DNA from: an uncultured Acidobacteriaceae bacterium
Lineage (GTDB): Bacteria; Acidobacteriota; Terriglobia; Terriglobales; Acidobacteriaceae
DNA: 64,000 nucleotides
Direction of reading: 5' to 3'
NCBI GenBank assembly: GCA_963719615.1
Contig: CAVRCR010000009.1
Span: 10,963-74,962 of the forward strand
The position numbers were made by a program, and so were the translations under genes. The notes under the pieces were generated by a model. It did no database searches and was not told the DNA's origin. It saw only the letters and a program-made list of their open reading frames with translations. This document shows positions 8,746 to 16,855 of the stretch, piece by piece; the first letter of the stretch is position 1; each line of letters starts with the position of its first letter.

Positions 8746-9408
8746 TCAATCGGCAGAAGCAATAAACAACGGGCTCGCCATCGTAATGGTTACGTCCTGC
8801 TGGGTTTTCGTTGTCACCAGGCGCTTCGCTAGAAATTCAAGTTTCTGAACGCCGGCCTGTGCATGCTCACTGGCCCAAATGACTACGCTGGCCCAAGCAT
8901 CGAATCCCTGGTCCACACCGGGCGCGAGCACCCTCCGCAGAGTCATCTCATCCATGCCTACGAGCCAGTCCGGACGGTTGTCAATCAGCGACGTCAATTG
9001 GGTGGCAAGACCGGGGAAAAATGAGAATGGAATGCCCACCCGTTCCGGCGCGGCGGCTCCCACAAGATGATGGGCTGAACCGCCGAGAGCCAGAATGGAC
9101 TCAGTGTCAGCGGTCACGAAGAGAATAGCTCCGTTTCCGATGTCTAGAAATTTCGCATCCACTGTGCCCTGAATCCAAGAAGCTGGCTGGCCCGGAGTGC
9201 CGATCTGCTCGTTCTCGATCAAGTATTCCTCGACCGCTGCAAGCCGCGAGATTCGATTGTCCAAGGTCGCGCGCTCGGTCTCGAGCGAGCCCGATAGGAC
9301 CTTGATGTCGAAGCCGAACTTCGCCGATACCTTCCGCTGCAATGCTCCCGGCACTTGCGGCAGCAACATGTTCACTTTCGCATCTGAGATGTACAGGTAG
9401 TAGCGCAC
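8746..9408 (-). CDS. hypothetical protein, no family recognised
   Basis: Clean 220-aa ORF (MRYYLYISDAKVNMLLPQVPGALQRKVSAKFGFDIKVLSG...). No TM or signal peptide, visibly more AT-rich than its neighbours, convergent with the DinB gene and divergent from rnr. Confidence 0.6.
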   Translation of the reverse strand: MRYYLYISDAKVNMLLPQVPGALQRKVSAKFGFDIKVLSGSLETERATLDNRISRLAAVEEYLIENEQIGTPGQPASWIQGTVDAKFLDIGNGAILFVTADTESILALGGSAHHLVGAAAPERVGIPFSFFPGLATQLTSLIDNRPDWLVGMDEMTLRRVLAPGVDQGFDAWASVVIWASEHAQAGVQKLEFLAKRLVTTKTQQDVTITMASPLFIASAD

Positions 9409-9571
9409 GAGGAATCCTTCGAGATTCTTGGAGATTCATCAATACAGCGCGAGGTCGGGCTTACGTCTCATGAAACGCGTGGATTGCGGATTTTGGCGGA
9501 AACAGCAGCAAAATTCGAGGTGTTCACGCCCACGCTCTTCGTCTCGGGTATTCTGAAAGCGGCAGGTTTCT

Positions 9572-12103
9572 ATGCTCTCCGACTCCACCATCCTGAAACA
9601 CATCGCGCGCCAACCCAAGTGCACGGCCGGGTTCAAGCAGCTGGTGCGCGAACTGGGGCTGCATGGGGACGAGCGGCGCGAGCTCAATGCCCGCCTGCTG
9701 AAACTCGTGGTGGGCGGTGCGCTGATCGCGGTCGACTCCGATCGTTATGCCCTGCCGCAGGCCGCCGCTGACAAGAATCTTGTCGTCGGGCGGCTCACTA
9801 TGCATCGGGACGGGTTTGGCTTCGTCATTCCTGATGCGAGTTCTCTGCCGGCTGCCCTCAAGTCACGTCTCGCGGGCGACATCTTCATCGCTCCGCATCT
9901 GATCGGCAATGCCATGCATGGAGACCGGGTGCTGGTCGACATCAGCAATGTGCGGCCAGACGGGCGCGCCGAGGGCCGCATTGTGCGGCCGGTGGTGCGG
10001 GCGAATCCGACTGTGGTTGGGATCTTTCATTATGGCAGCAGGCACCATTATGTGGCGCCGATGGATTCGAAGATCACGCAGGAGATTATGATTCCGGCGG
10101 GGATGGAATATCCGGAGCAGAAGGGCGAAGAAACCGAGATCCCTCGCTCCGCTCGGGATGACAAAGAACTCGGGAAAGGGCGAAAACGTGCCAAGCCGCA
10201 GTCAGTGGATCGCGTGCTGGGAGACGAGGTCGCGCGGAGGACCCAGTGGGATGATCTCGAAGGTGTGGTGGTGGATGTGGAGATCACCGACTGGCCTTCG
10301 CCGACGCAGAATCCGCGGGGACGCGTCATCGAGATTCTCGGACGGGAAGACGACTTCGGCGTCGACGTCGAAATCACGATCCGCAAGTTTCATTTGCCCC
10401 ATCATTTTCCTGCAGCAACGCTCGAGGTGGCGCGGAACACATCGGCGGTCATTTCGCCCCGGGAATTGCACCGGCGGCGCGATTTTCGGGCGTTGCCCAT
10501 TGTCACCATCGATGGCGAGACGGCGCGAGACTTTGACGATGCGGTGCTGGTGCGGATGCTCGCGAACGGCAATTTCGAACTGCATGTACACATTGCCGAT
10601 GTGGCGCAATACGTGACTGCGGGGTCGGCACTCGATCAGGAAGCCCGGCTGCGCGGCACCAGCGTTTATTTTCCCGATCGCGCCGTGCCCATGCTGCCCT
10701 TGGAGCTTTCGACCGACATCTGCAGCTTGCGACCGCAGGTGGACCGGCTGGTGATGTCGTGCATCATGGAGATCGACCATCGCGGCGAGATCGCGGGATA
10801 CGATTTGTGCGAAGGCGTGATCCGCTCGGCCGAGCGCATGACCTACACCGCGGTGAATGCGGTGATCGAAGGCGATGCCGCGATGCGCGAGCGCTATGCG
10901 CCGCTGATCGCGGCGTTTGAGCTGATGCGCGATCTGGCACTCATTCTGAACCGCAAACGGGAGAGGCGCGGATCGATCGACTTCGATCTGCCGGAACCGC
11001 TGATCGAGTTCGACGAGTTCGGGCTGATGAAAAGCATTGCGCGCTCCGAGCGCAACATTGCGCACCGGCTGATTGAGGAGTTCATGCTCTCGGCCAACGA
11101 GTGCGTGGCCGAGTACCTGGAGTCGAAGCGGATCGCGTCGCTGTATCGCGTCCACGAGAAGCCGGATGCAAAACGCGTCTACGATTTTGAAGTCATCGCC
11201 GCGACGTTTGGATATTCGTTGGGCGTGGGGCCGCTGCCGATTCATCGCGTGCAGATGAAGGCCGACCGGCGCGCGGCTTACGGGACCGGCAAACGGGCGC
11301 GTGACATTGAGGTGCCGAAGGAAGTGCACATCACACCGCGCATGTATCAGAAGCTGACCGAGAAGATTGCGGGGAAGCCGGAGGAGCGGATTCTGAGCTA
11401 TCTCATGCTGCGGTCGCTGAAGCAGGCGCGGTATTCGGAGGAGAACCTGGGGCACTTCGCGCTGGCGGCGACCAGCTACACGCATTTCACGTCCCCGATT
11501 CGAAGGTATCCGGATTTGATTGTGCACCGGATCTTGAAGGAAGTGCTCAGTCAACATCCCCACCCTTTCTCGCCCGAGAGCGGCGAGACAAGGGTGGGGC
11601 ACCCTCCGACTGACGACGCGAAGCCTTCGCCGTGGTCGAAGCGGTCGCGGGCGGGGGCGCCCGCGCCACACGAACCATTGAACGGGCCGATTTCGGTCGA
11701 AGAGCTGCATGACATTGCGCAGGAGTCGAGCCAATCCGAGCGGCGTGCCGATGACGCTGAACGCGAACTGATGGAATGGAAGAAAGTGAAGTTCATGCAG
11801 GACCGCGTGGGGGAAGACTTCGATGGACTAATCACGAGTGTGACCAAGTTCGGGTTCTTTGTCGAACTGACGGACTTGTTTGTTGAGGGGCTGGTACCGC
11901 TGAACACTCTCACTGACGACCGATATACCTACCACGAGAACACGCGCGAGATTATCGGGCAGCGGTCGCGCAAGACGTATCGGCTGGGGCAGAAGATGCG
12001 CGTGCTAGTGGACCGGATCGACCCGGTGGAGAAGAAGATTCAGTTTGCGGTGTTCGAGGAACAGCCGGTTCGATCCACGGGTAAGCGACGCAAGCGGAAC
12101 TAG
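9572..12103 (+). CDS. rnr: ribonuclease R
   Basis: 843 aa. N-terminal HTH/cold-shock region, RNB core (IDGETARDFDDAV...SVYFPDRAVPMLP...RLIEEFMLSANE...HFALA..YTHFTSPIRRYPDLIVHR), C-terminal S1 domain (GEDFDGLITSVTKFGFFVEL) and basic tail. Confidence 0.93.
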   Translation: MLSDSTILKHIARQPKCTAGFKQLVRELGLHGDERRELNARLLKLVVGGALIAVDSDRYALPQAAADKNLVVGRLTMHRDGFGFVIPDASSLPAALKSRLAGDIFIAPHLIGNAMHGDRVLVDISNVRPDGRAEGRIVRPVVRANPTVVGIFHYGSRHHYVAPMDSKITQEIMIPAGMEYPEQKGEETEIPRSARDDKELGKGRKRAKPQSVDRVLGDEVARRTQWDDLEGVVVDVEITDWPSPTQNPRGRVIEILGREDDFGVDVEITIRKFHLPHHFPAATLEVARNTSAVISPRELHRRRDFRALPIVTIDGETARDFDDAVLVRMLANGNFELHVHIADVAQYVTAGSALDQEARLRGTSVYFPDRAVPMLPLELSTDICSLRPQVDRLVMSCIMEIDHRGEIAGYDLCEGVIRSAERMTYTAVNAVIEGDAAMRERYAPLIAAFELMRDLALILNRKRERRGSIDFDLPEPLIEFDEFGLMKSIARSERNIAHRLIEEFMLSANECVAEYLESKRIASLYRVHEKPDAKRVYDFEVIAATFGYSLGVGPLPIHRVQMKADRRAAYGTGKRARDIEVPKEVHITPRMYQKLTEKIAGKPEERILSYLMLRSLKQARYSEENLGHFALAATSYTHFTSPIRRYPDLIVHRILKEVLSQHPHPFSPESGETRVGHPPTDDAKPSPWSKRSRAGAPAPHEPLNGPISVEELHDIAQESSQSERRADDAERELMEWKKVKFMQDRVGEDFDGLITSVTKFGFFVELTDLFVEGLVPLNTLTDDRYTYHENTREIIGQRSRKTYRLGQKMRVLVDRIDPVEKKIQFAVFEEQPVRSTGKRRKRN

Positions 12104-12128
12104 CAACCGCTGCCGGGCTTCGCCCGGC

Positions 12129-12159
12129 GGACAGCCGGGGGCGGCTGTCCCCACATGAG
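12129..12159. repeat. GGACAGCCG-GGGG-CGGCTGTCC-CCACATGAG hairpin repeat (copy 2)
   Basis: Lies between the convergent stops of rnr (12103) and glmM (12180). 9-bp perfect stem. Confidence 0.85.
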
Positions 12160-12179
12160 TTATTAGGATCCTTGGGCTA

Positions 12180-13559
12180 TTACACTCCCAGGGTCTTCTG
12201 AATCTCGGCTGCGATCGAGGCGGTAATCGTGCGCATCTTTTCTTCGGATTCGGCTTCCACCATGACTCGGGCCAGGGCCTCGGTGCCCGAGTAACGCACG
12301 ACGACGCGGCCATTGCCGTCCAATTCGCGTTCCGCCGCTTGGATGGCGGCTTGCACCGCGGGCAATTGCGCGAAAGGAATTTTCTCGCGCACGCGCACGT
12401 TCTGAATTTTCTGAGGGAAGACTTTCAGATCGATCACCAGTTCGGCCAGGGACTTCCGGCTGCGCACGATGATATCCATGAGGCGCAGGGCGGTGAGCAG
12501 GCCATCGCCGGTGGTCGAATCTCCGTCGCGGAAAATGATGTGGCCGGATTGCTCGCCGCCCAAAGTGGCTCCGGTCTTGAGCATTTCCTCGAGCACGTAC
12601 TTGTCTCCGACGTTGGCCCGGAACATGCGGATGCCTGAGTTTTTCAGCGCAATCTCGAGGCCCATGTTCGACATGGTGGTCGCGACGACGGTGTCGGCCT
12701 TGAGCTTGCCTTGCGCGTGCAAGGCGCGGGCCGCGGCCAGCAGGACGCCATCTCCATTGACCACGCGTCCGTTGGCGTCGCAGAAAAGAGCGCGGTCGGC
12801 GTCTCCATCGAAGGTCACGCCCAAGTCGAATTCGCCAGGCGCCGCCGCCGCCGACTGCCCCAAGGTCTCCGGGTGCAGAGCGCCGCAACCTTCGTTTATG
12901 TTCTTTCCATCCGGCGAAACGTGAACGAATGTCGCCCGAATGCCGAGGCTACGAAATAACTCGGGAGCCTCGGCGGTAGCCGCGCCGTTGGCGCAGTCCA
13001 CCAGCACACGCAGGCTCCTCAAATCGGATGATACGCTGCCTGCCAGCGACTTGACGTAAGCATGGCGCAACGCAGTTTCACCCGGCAACGACGGTCCGGG
13101 AACCCTGAGTGCAGTGTCATCGGCAGAGTCTGGATTCTCGAGCAGGGCGAAGATTTCTTTTTCAATCGCTAACTCACGCGCGTCGGTCAGTTTGAATCCG
13201 TCGCCGGAAAAGACTTTGATGCCGTTGTCGGTCCAGGGATTGTGCGACGCAGAAATCACTACACCCGCCGCCATCTGGCGCGAGCGAGCCAGGTAGGCGA
13301 CTCCTGGGGTTGTGATCACTCCGGCGCTGTGTACCTGGACGCCCATGGCGGCCAAGCCCTCGGAGACGCGATCGGCAATCCACCGGCTTGATTCACGAGT
13401 GTCTTGCCCAATCACGGCTTGCGCTTTGGGCACCGTATTTACCAGGTCGTGGCCCAGGGCGCGGCCAATCAGATACGTGCTTTGCTTGGTTAGCGGAAAC
13501 TCTCCTGCCACGCCCCGAATGCCGTCGGTCCCGAACAGTTGCCGCGTTTGCTGGCTCAT
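12180..13559 (-). CDS. glmM: phosphoglucosamine mutase
   Basis: MSQQTRQLFGTDGIRGVAGEFPL..., active-site loop VISASHNPWTDNGIK, GDGDADR-like FDGDADRALF, GGEQSGHIIF. Start taken at ATG 13559 rather than the upstream TTG. Confidence 0.95.
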   Translation of the reverse strand: MSQQTRQLFGTDGIRGVAGEFPLTKQSTYLIGRALGHDLVNTVPKAQAVIGQDTRESSRWIADRVSEGLAAMGVQVHSAGVITTPGVAYLARSRQMAAGVVISASHNPWTDNGIKVFSGDGFKLTDARELAIEKEIFALLENPDSADDTALRVPGPSLPGETALRHAYVKSLAGSVSSDLRSLRVLVDCANGAATAEAPELFRSLGIRATFVHVSPDGKNINEGCGALHPETLGQSAAAAPGEFDLGVTFDGDADRALFCDANGRVVNGDGVLLAAARALHAQGKLKADTVVATTMSNMGLEIALKNSGIRMFRANVGDKYVLEEMLKTGATLGGEQSGHIIFRDGDSTTGDGLLTALRLMDIIVRSRKSLAELVIDLKVFPQKIQNVRVREKIPFAQLPAVQAAIQAAERELDGNGRVVVRYSGTEALARVMVEAESEEKMRTITASIAAEIQKTLGV

Positions 13560-13635
13560 AGGGAAGAAACTTCTCAACCTACTTGAGAACAGAGGATGAT
13601 AAACGAGAATGGGCGGAAACGCTTGCTGGGCAAAG

Positions 13636-14313
13636 TCAGTGCGCGGGACTGGCCCCGACTTTCTCCACCATAACGGTCACGCGAATCGAGGTGGGCTGTA
13701 CCACCTGCACCAACGGATCGGGCACATATACGTTCGTCGTAAAGACAGCGCTGCCTCTCGTGCCGGTAGCATCGAGCGGGTCAGTGGTGGCCGCGTCTAC
13801 TTTCTCCACATGATGCTTAGGACCGGTGATCGTAATCCGGGGCGGATCGACATCGACCTTGGCGATCTGTTCACCAGAGGCAAAGTTGCCCGTCACCCGC
13901 GGATGAATCTCAACGTCGCGCGTCAGTCGCGTATCGAAGGACAAATGCAACTGGCTTGGAACAACCTGGACCACGGTTATGTCCGAGGGATGGCGCACCT
14001 GCTGCGAAGTAAGATCAAATGTGCGTTCCCCGGCTTTGGCGTCTTCGAGATCGATTTCCGCATGGACCTCGCTGGCCTGCAACTGACGGATCACACGCTC
14101 CGGTCCCCGCACGCGGATCTGGGCCTCGGGAATCGTCTCGGAACTGATTTCCAGATGCTGCGGAACATGCTGGAAGACGACGGGCGCGTGGAGCGACACT
14201 TCAGCAGGCTGCTCGTCGGGGGATATCTGCCACCACAGCCCTGCGGCCAGCAATAGGGAGAGGGTCTTCAGCCAAAAGTTATGGAGGACGTAGCGCTTAA
14301 GTAGTTCGATCAT
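13636..14313 (-). CDS. cdaR: YbbR-domain protein (CdaR-like regulator of diadenylate cyclase)
   Basis: N-terminal TM (FWLKTLSLLLAAGLWW) followed by YbbR-like beta repeats. Its ATG overlaps the cdaA stop by 4 nt (ATGA), and it occupies the canonical position between cdaA and glmM. Confidence 0.75.
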   Translation of the reverse strand: MIELLKRYVLHNFWLKTLSLLLAAGLWWQISPDEQPAEVSLHAPVVFQHVPQHLEISSETIPEAQIRVRGPERVIRQLQASEVHAEIDLEDAKAGERTFDLTSQQVRHPSDITVVQVVPSQLHLSFDTRLTRDVEIHPRVTGNFASGEQIAKVDVDPPRITITGPKHHVEKVDAATTDPLDATGTRGSAVFTTNVYVPDPLVQVVQPTSIRVTVMVEKVGASPAH

Positions 14314-15191
14314 GGCTGCGGCTCCGAGTCTTGGCCCAATCGTTTTTGGGGTGCGGTCTCGCGCAGAGGAGAATCGAGCGCTGCATCCGACTCTTCATCT
14401 TGCGCGATCGGAGTCGGCAAGGTCACCGGAGCCATATAACGACGCAGTTCGCTGCCCAGGCGTTCGCGCAGCTGCTCGACGGTAAGATCACGTTCAATCT
14501 TGCCACCCAGGGCAAGACTGATGGCGCCGGTCTCTTCGGAAACAATCACGGCAATGGCATCTGTTTCTTCGGTAATCCCTATGCCGGCGCGATGGCGCGT
14601 GCCCAACTGGGTGGAAAGCAGTGGATTCATCGACAGGGGAAGAAAACACGCGGCTGCGGCGATGCGATCCTTTTGCACGATTACGGCGCCATCGTGCAGC
14701 GGGGCGCTGGGACGAAAGATGGTTGCCAGCAGATCGTAGGAGAGGCGGGCATCAAGGGGCACTCCGCTCTCAATGTGGGTGCGGAGGCCGATTCTGCGCT
14801 CGATGACGACGAGCGCGCCGGTCTGGTGCTGGGAGAAAAGATTCGCGGCTAAAACAATGTCGTCATAGGCGTCGGTTCCGGCGCCGGCGCCGCGCAGGAA
14901 ACTCAAGCGGCGGCCCAGATCTGCGAGGACGTGGCGGATCTCAGATTGGAAAACCACGATGAGCGCAAACACGACGTAAGGCAGGACCCGGCTCACAACC
15001 CAGTTGAGCGTGGTCAGCTCACCCATCCGCGCCAGGTAAAAGGTCACTGCCACGACGATCAAGCCCGCCAGCATGGGGGCGGCGCGGGTGCCGCGGATCA
15101 TCATCAGGACCTGGTAGATGAGCAGGGCCACGAGCAGAATATCGAGCGCTGCCCATGCGCCTTGCTGCCACGAGGGGAAAACTGGCGTCAC
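14310..15191 (-). CDS. cdaA: diadenylate cyclase CdaA (DisA_N/DAC domain, 3 N-terminal TM helices)
   Basis: GTG start. GALVVIERRIGL..., PLHDGAVIVQKDRIAAAACFLPLS, LGTRHRAGIGITEETDAIAVIVSEETGAISLA are DAC-domain signatures. Confidence 0.9.
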   Translation of the reverse strand: MTPVFPSWQQGAWAALDILLVALLIYQVLMMIRGTRAAPMLAGLIVVAVTFYLARMGELTTLNWVVSRVLPYVVFALIVVFQSEIRHVLADLGRRLSFLRGAGAGTDAYDDIVLAANLFSQHQTGALVVIERRIGLRTHIESGVPLDARLSYDLLATIFRPSAPLHDGAVIVQKDRIAAAACFLPLSMNPLLSTQLGTRHRAGIGITEETDAIAVIVSEETGAISLALGGKIERDLTVEQLRERLGSELRRYMAPVTLPTPIAQDEESDAALDSPLRETAPQKRLGQDSEPQP

Positions 15192-15266
15192 TCGGATCTC
15201 GCTCCTAGGATCGGACTGTGGAGAGTTTCATTGTAATGCAGGGGGGAGATTGGCTCCGCTGGACGG

Positions 15267-15344
15267 CCCCTTCGACTTCGCTCTGTTGAAAATCCCCACC
15301 CTAACGTCGCAGAAGGCGCGACGTTAGGATGGGGCACCCGCGAT
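15267..15344. repeat. hairpin + GATGGGGCACCC dispersed repeat (full-length intergenic archetype)
   Basis: CCCCTTCGACTTCGCT...CCTAACGTCGC-AGAAG-GCGCGACGTTAGG-ATGGGGCACCCGCGAT, between the cdaA start and the xseA stop. Confidence 0.85.
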
Positions 15345-15357
15345 TTGTCCAACGTGC

Positions 15358-16731
15358 TTAGGGCTGCTTCTTCGTGACCGAGGCCTGAATCTCGCCGTGC
15401 GCCAAGCGCGCCGAAATTTCCTCGCCAACCTTAACCCTGCGTGCGTCTTTCAACAGGTTGCCTTCGGGGTCGAACACGAGTGCGTACCCACGCTCCAGGA
15501 TGGCAAGCGGAGACAGAGACTCCAAGGCGGTCCGCAGTCGCTCGCTGCGCACCTTATGTTGCAGGAACACGTTGCGGGTCACCGCTACCAGCGCGGCGGT
15601 CTGGCTTTCCAGCTGTTTGCGCATTCCCGAAAGCACCAGCCGCACGTCGTAGTGCCGGACGGCTGCGGAAATCGCCTCCCAACGCCGCAGCATTCGCTCG
15701 AGCAACTGCCGCTCGGCCAGTTCGAGGCGATGAGTCAAGTCGTCGAGGCGCTGCTGGCGATGGCGAATCACTTCGACCATCCGGGCAAATGCACCATGCT
15801 GCGCCAGCTCCGTGAGCGCCTGGCGACCCATCAGGAGGTGGTAGCGCATGGCTCGCGCCAGGCGCTCGTGCAGGGCTGCGGCCTGATCCTCCACCTCCTG
15901 CCGCGACCGGATTACCAGCTCGGCTGCCGCGGAGGGCGTAGGAGCCCGCATGTCGGCTACGAAATCCACGATGGTGAAGTCGGTTTCATGCCCGACCGCT
16001 GAAATCACCGGGATCTCTGACGCCGCAACCGTGCGTGCGAGCGTTTCATTGTTGAAGGATGCCAGATCTTCCGCCGATCCACCGCCGCGGGCGACGATGA
16101 TCACGTCCACTCTGTGGTGCTGGTTGAAGTAGCGAATGCCCGCCGAAACCTCCATCGAGGCCGCGTCGCCTTGTACCTGCGCGGGGTAGATGAGGACATT
16201 TACGGAGTGATGCCGCCGCTCAATAATGTTCAGAATGTCGCGCAGGGCGGCCGCTTGCGCCGAGGTCACAATTCCAATCCGCGAGGGAAGTGGCGGGATC
16301 GGCTTCTTGCGTTCGGGCGCGAACATGCCTTCGGCCTCGAGCTTTGACTTCAGCTGCTCAAAAGCCAACTGGAGCGATCCGGCGCCCTTCGGTTCGATGT
16401 ATTCGGCGGAAATCTGCAGCTCGCCGCGGTCTTCGTAGACGGTCACGCGGCCACGCACTACGATCTGTAAGCCGTCCGCGGGACGAAAGCGCAGCAGCCT
16501 CGCCGAGGAACGGAACATGACCACGCGTATCTGCGCGTTGCCGTCTTTCAATGTGAAGTAAAGATGGCCCGAGTCGGGCGCGCGGAAGTTGGAAATCTCG
16601 CCTTCGACCCAGGCGTCGGAGTATTCGCGCTCAATATGAGTGCGTACGGCTGCGACCAGGTCGCGTACCTTCCACACCCGGCGCTGCGGCGCGCGGAAGT
16701 TGAACCCCATCTGATCAGCCAGGGAAGACAT
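15358..16731 (-). CDS. xseA: exodeoxyribonuclease VII large subunit
   Basis: 457 aa. N-terminal OB fold (VWVEGEISNFRAPDSGHLYFTLKD), catalytic core (IGIVTS..AAALRDIL..., VDVIIVARGGGSAEDL, PVISAVGHETDFTI) and coiled-coil tail. Confidence 0.92.
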   Translation of the reverse strand: MSSLADQMGFNFRAPQRRVWKVRDLVAAVRTHIEREYSDAWVEGEISNFRAPDSGHLYFTLKDGNAQIRVVMFRSSARLLRFRPADGLQIVVRGRVTVYEDRGELQISAEYIEPKGAGSLQLAFEQLKSKLEAEGMFAPERKKPIPPLPSRIGIVTSAQAAALRDILNIIERRHHSVNVLIYPAQVQGDAASMEVSAGIRYFNQHHRVDVIIVARGGGSAEDLASFNNETLARTVAASEIPVISAVGHETDFTIVDFVADMRAPTPSAAAELVIRSRQEVEDQAAALHERLARAMRYHLLMGRQALTELAQHGAFARMVEVIRHRQQRLDDLTHRLELAERQLLERMLRRWEAISAAVRHYDVRLVLSGMRKQLESQTAALVAVTRNVFLQHKVRSERLRTALESLSPLAILERGYALVFDPEGNLLKDARRVKVGEEISARLAHGEIQASVTKKQP

Positions 16732-16804
16732 TGGGGGCAGTGTACCGCAGAGCGTGTCTTTGAGGCGGGACTAGCCTATGTGGGGAACGGGGCCACTAGT
16801 CATC

Positions 16805-16834
16805 AACAAAAAAGGCCGCCCTGGTGGACGGCCT
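16805..16834 (-). terminator. rho-independent terminator of the phosphoesterase gene
   Basis: Minus strand AGGCCGTCC-ACCAG-GGCGGCCT followed by TTTTTTTG, about 20 nt after the stop at 16856. Confidence 0.75.
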
Positions 16835-16855
16835 CCTGTTCCACCGAAGAAAAGG

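Noticed and set aside
10202-11734. 510-aa ORF antisense to rnr
   Set aside because: It lies entirely inside the well-supported RNase R gene on the opposite strand. The translation is Arg/Pro/His/Gln-rich low complexity typical of shadow ORFs in GC-rich DNA, with no recognisable motif.
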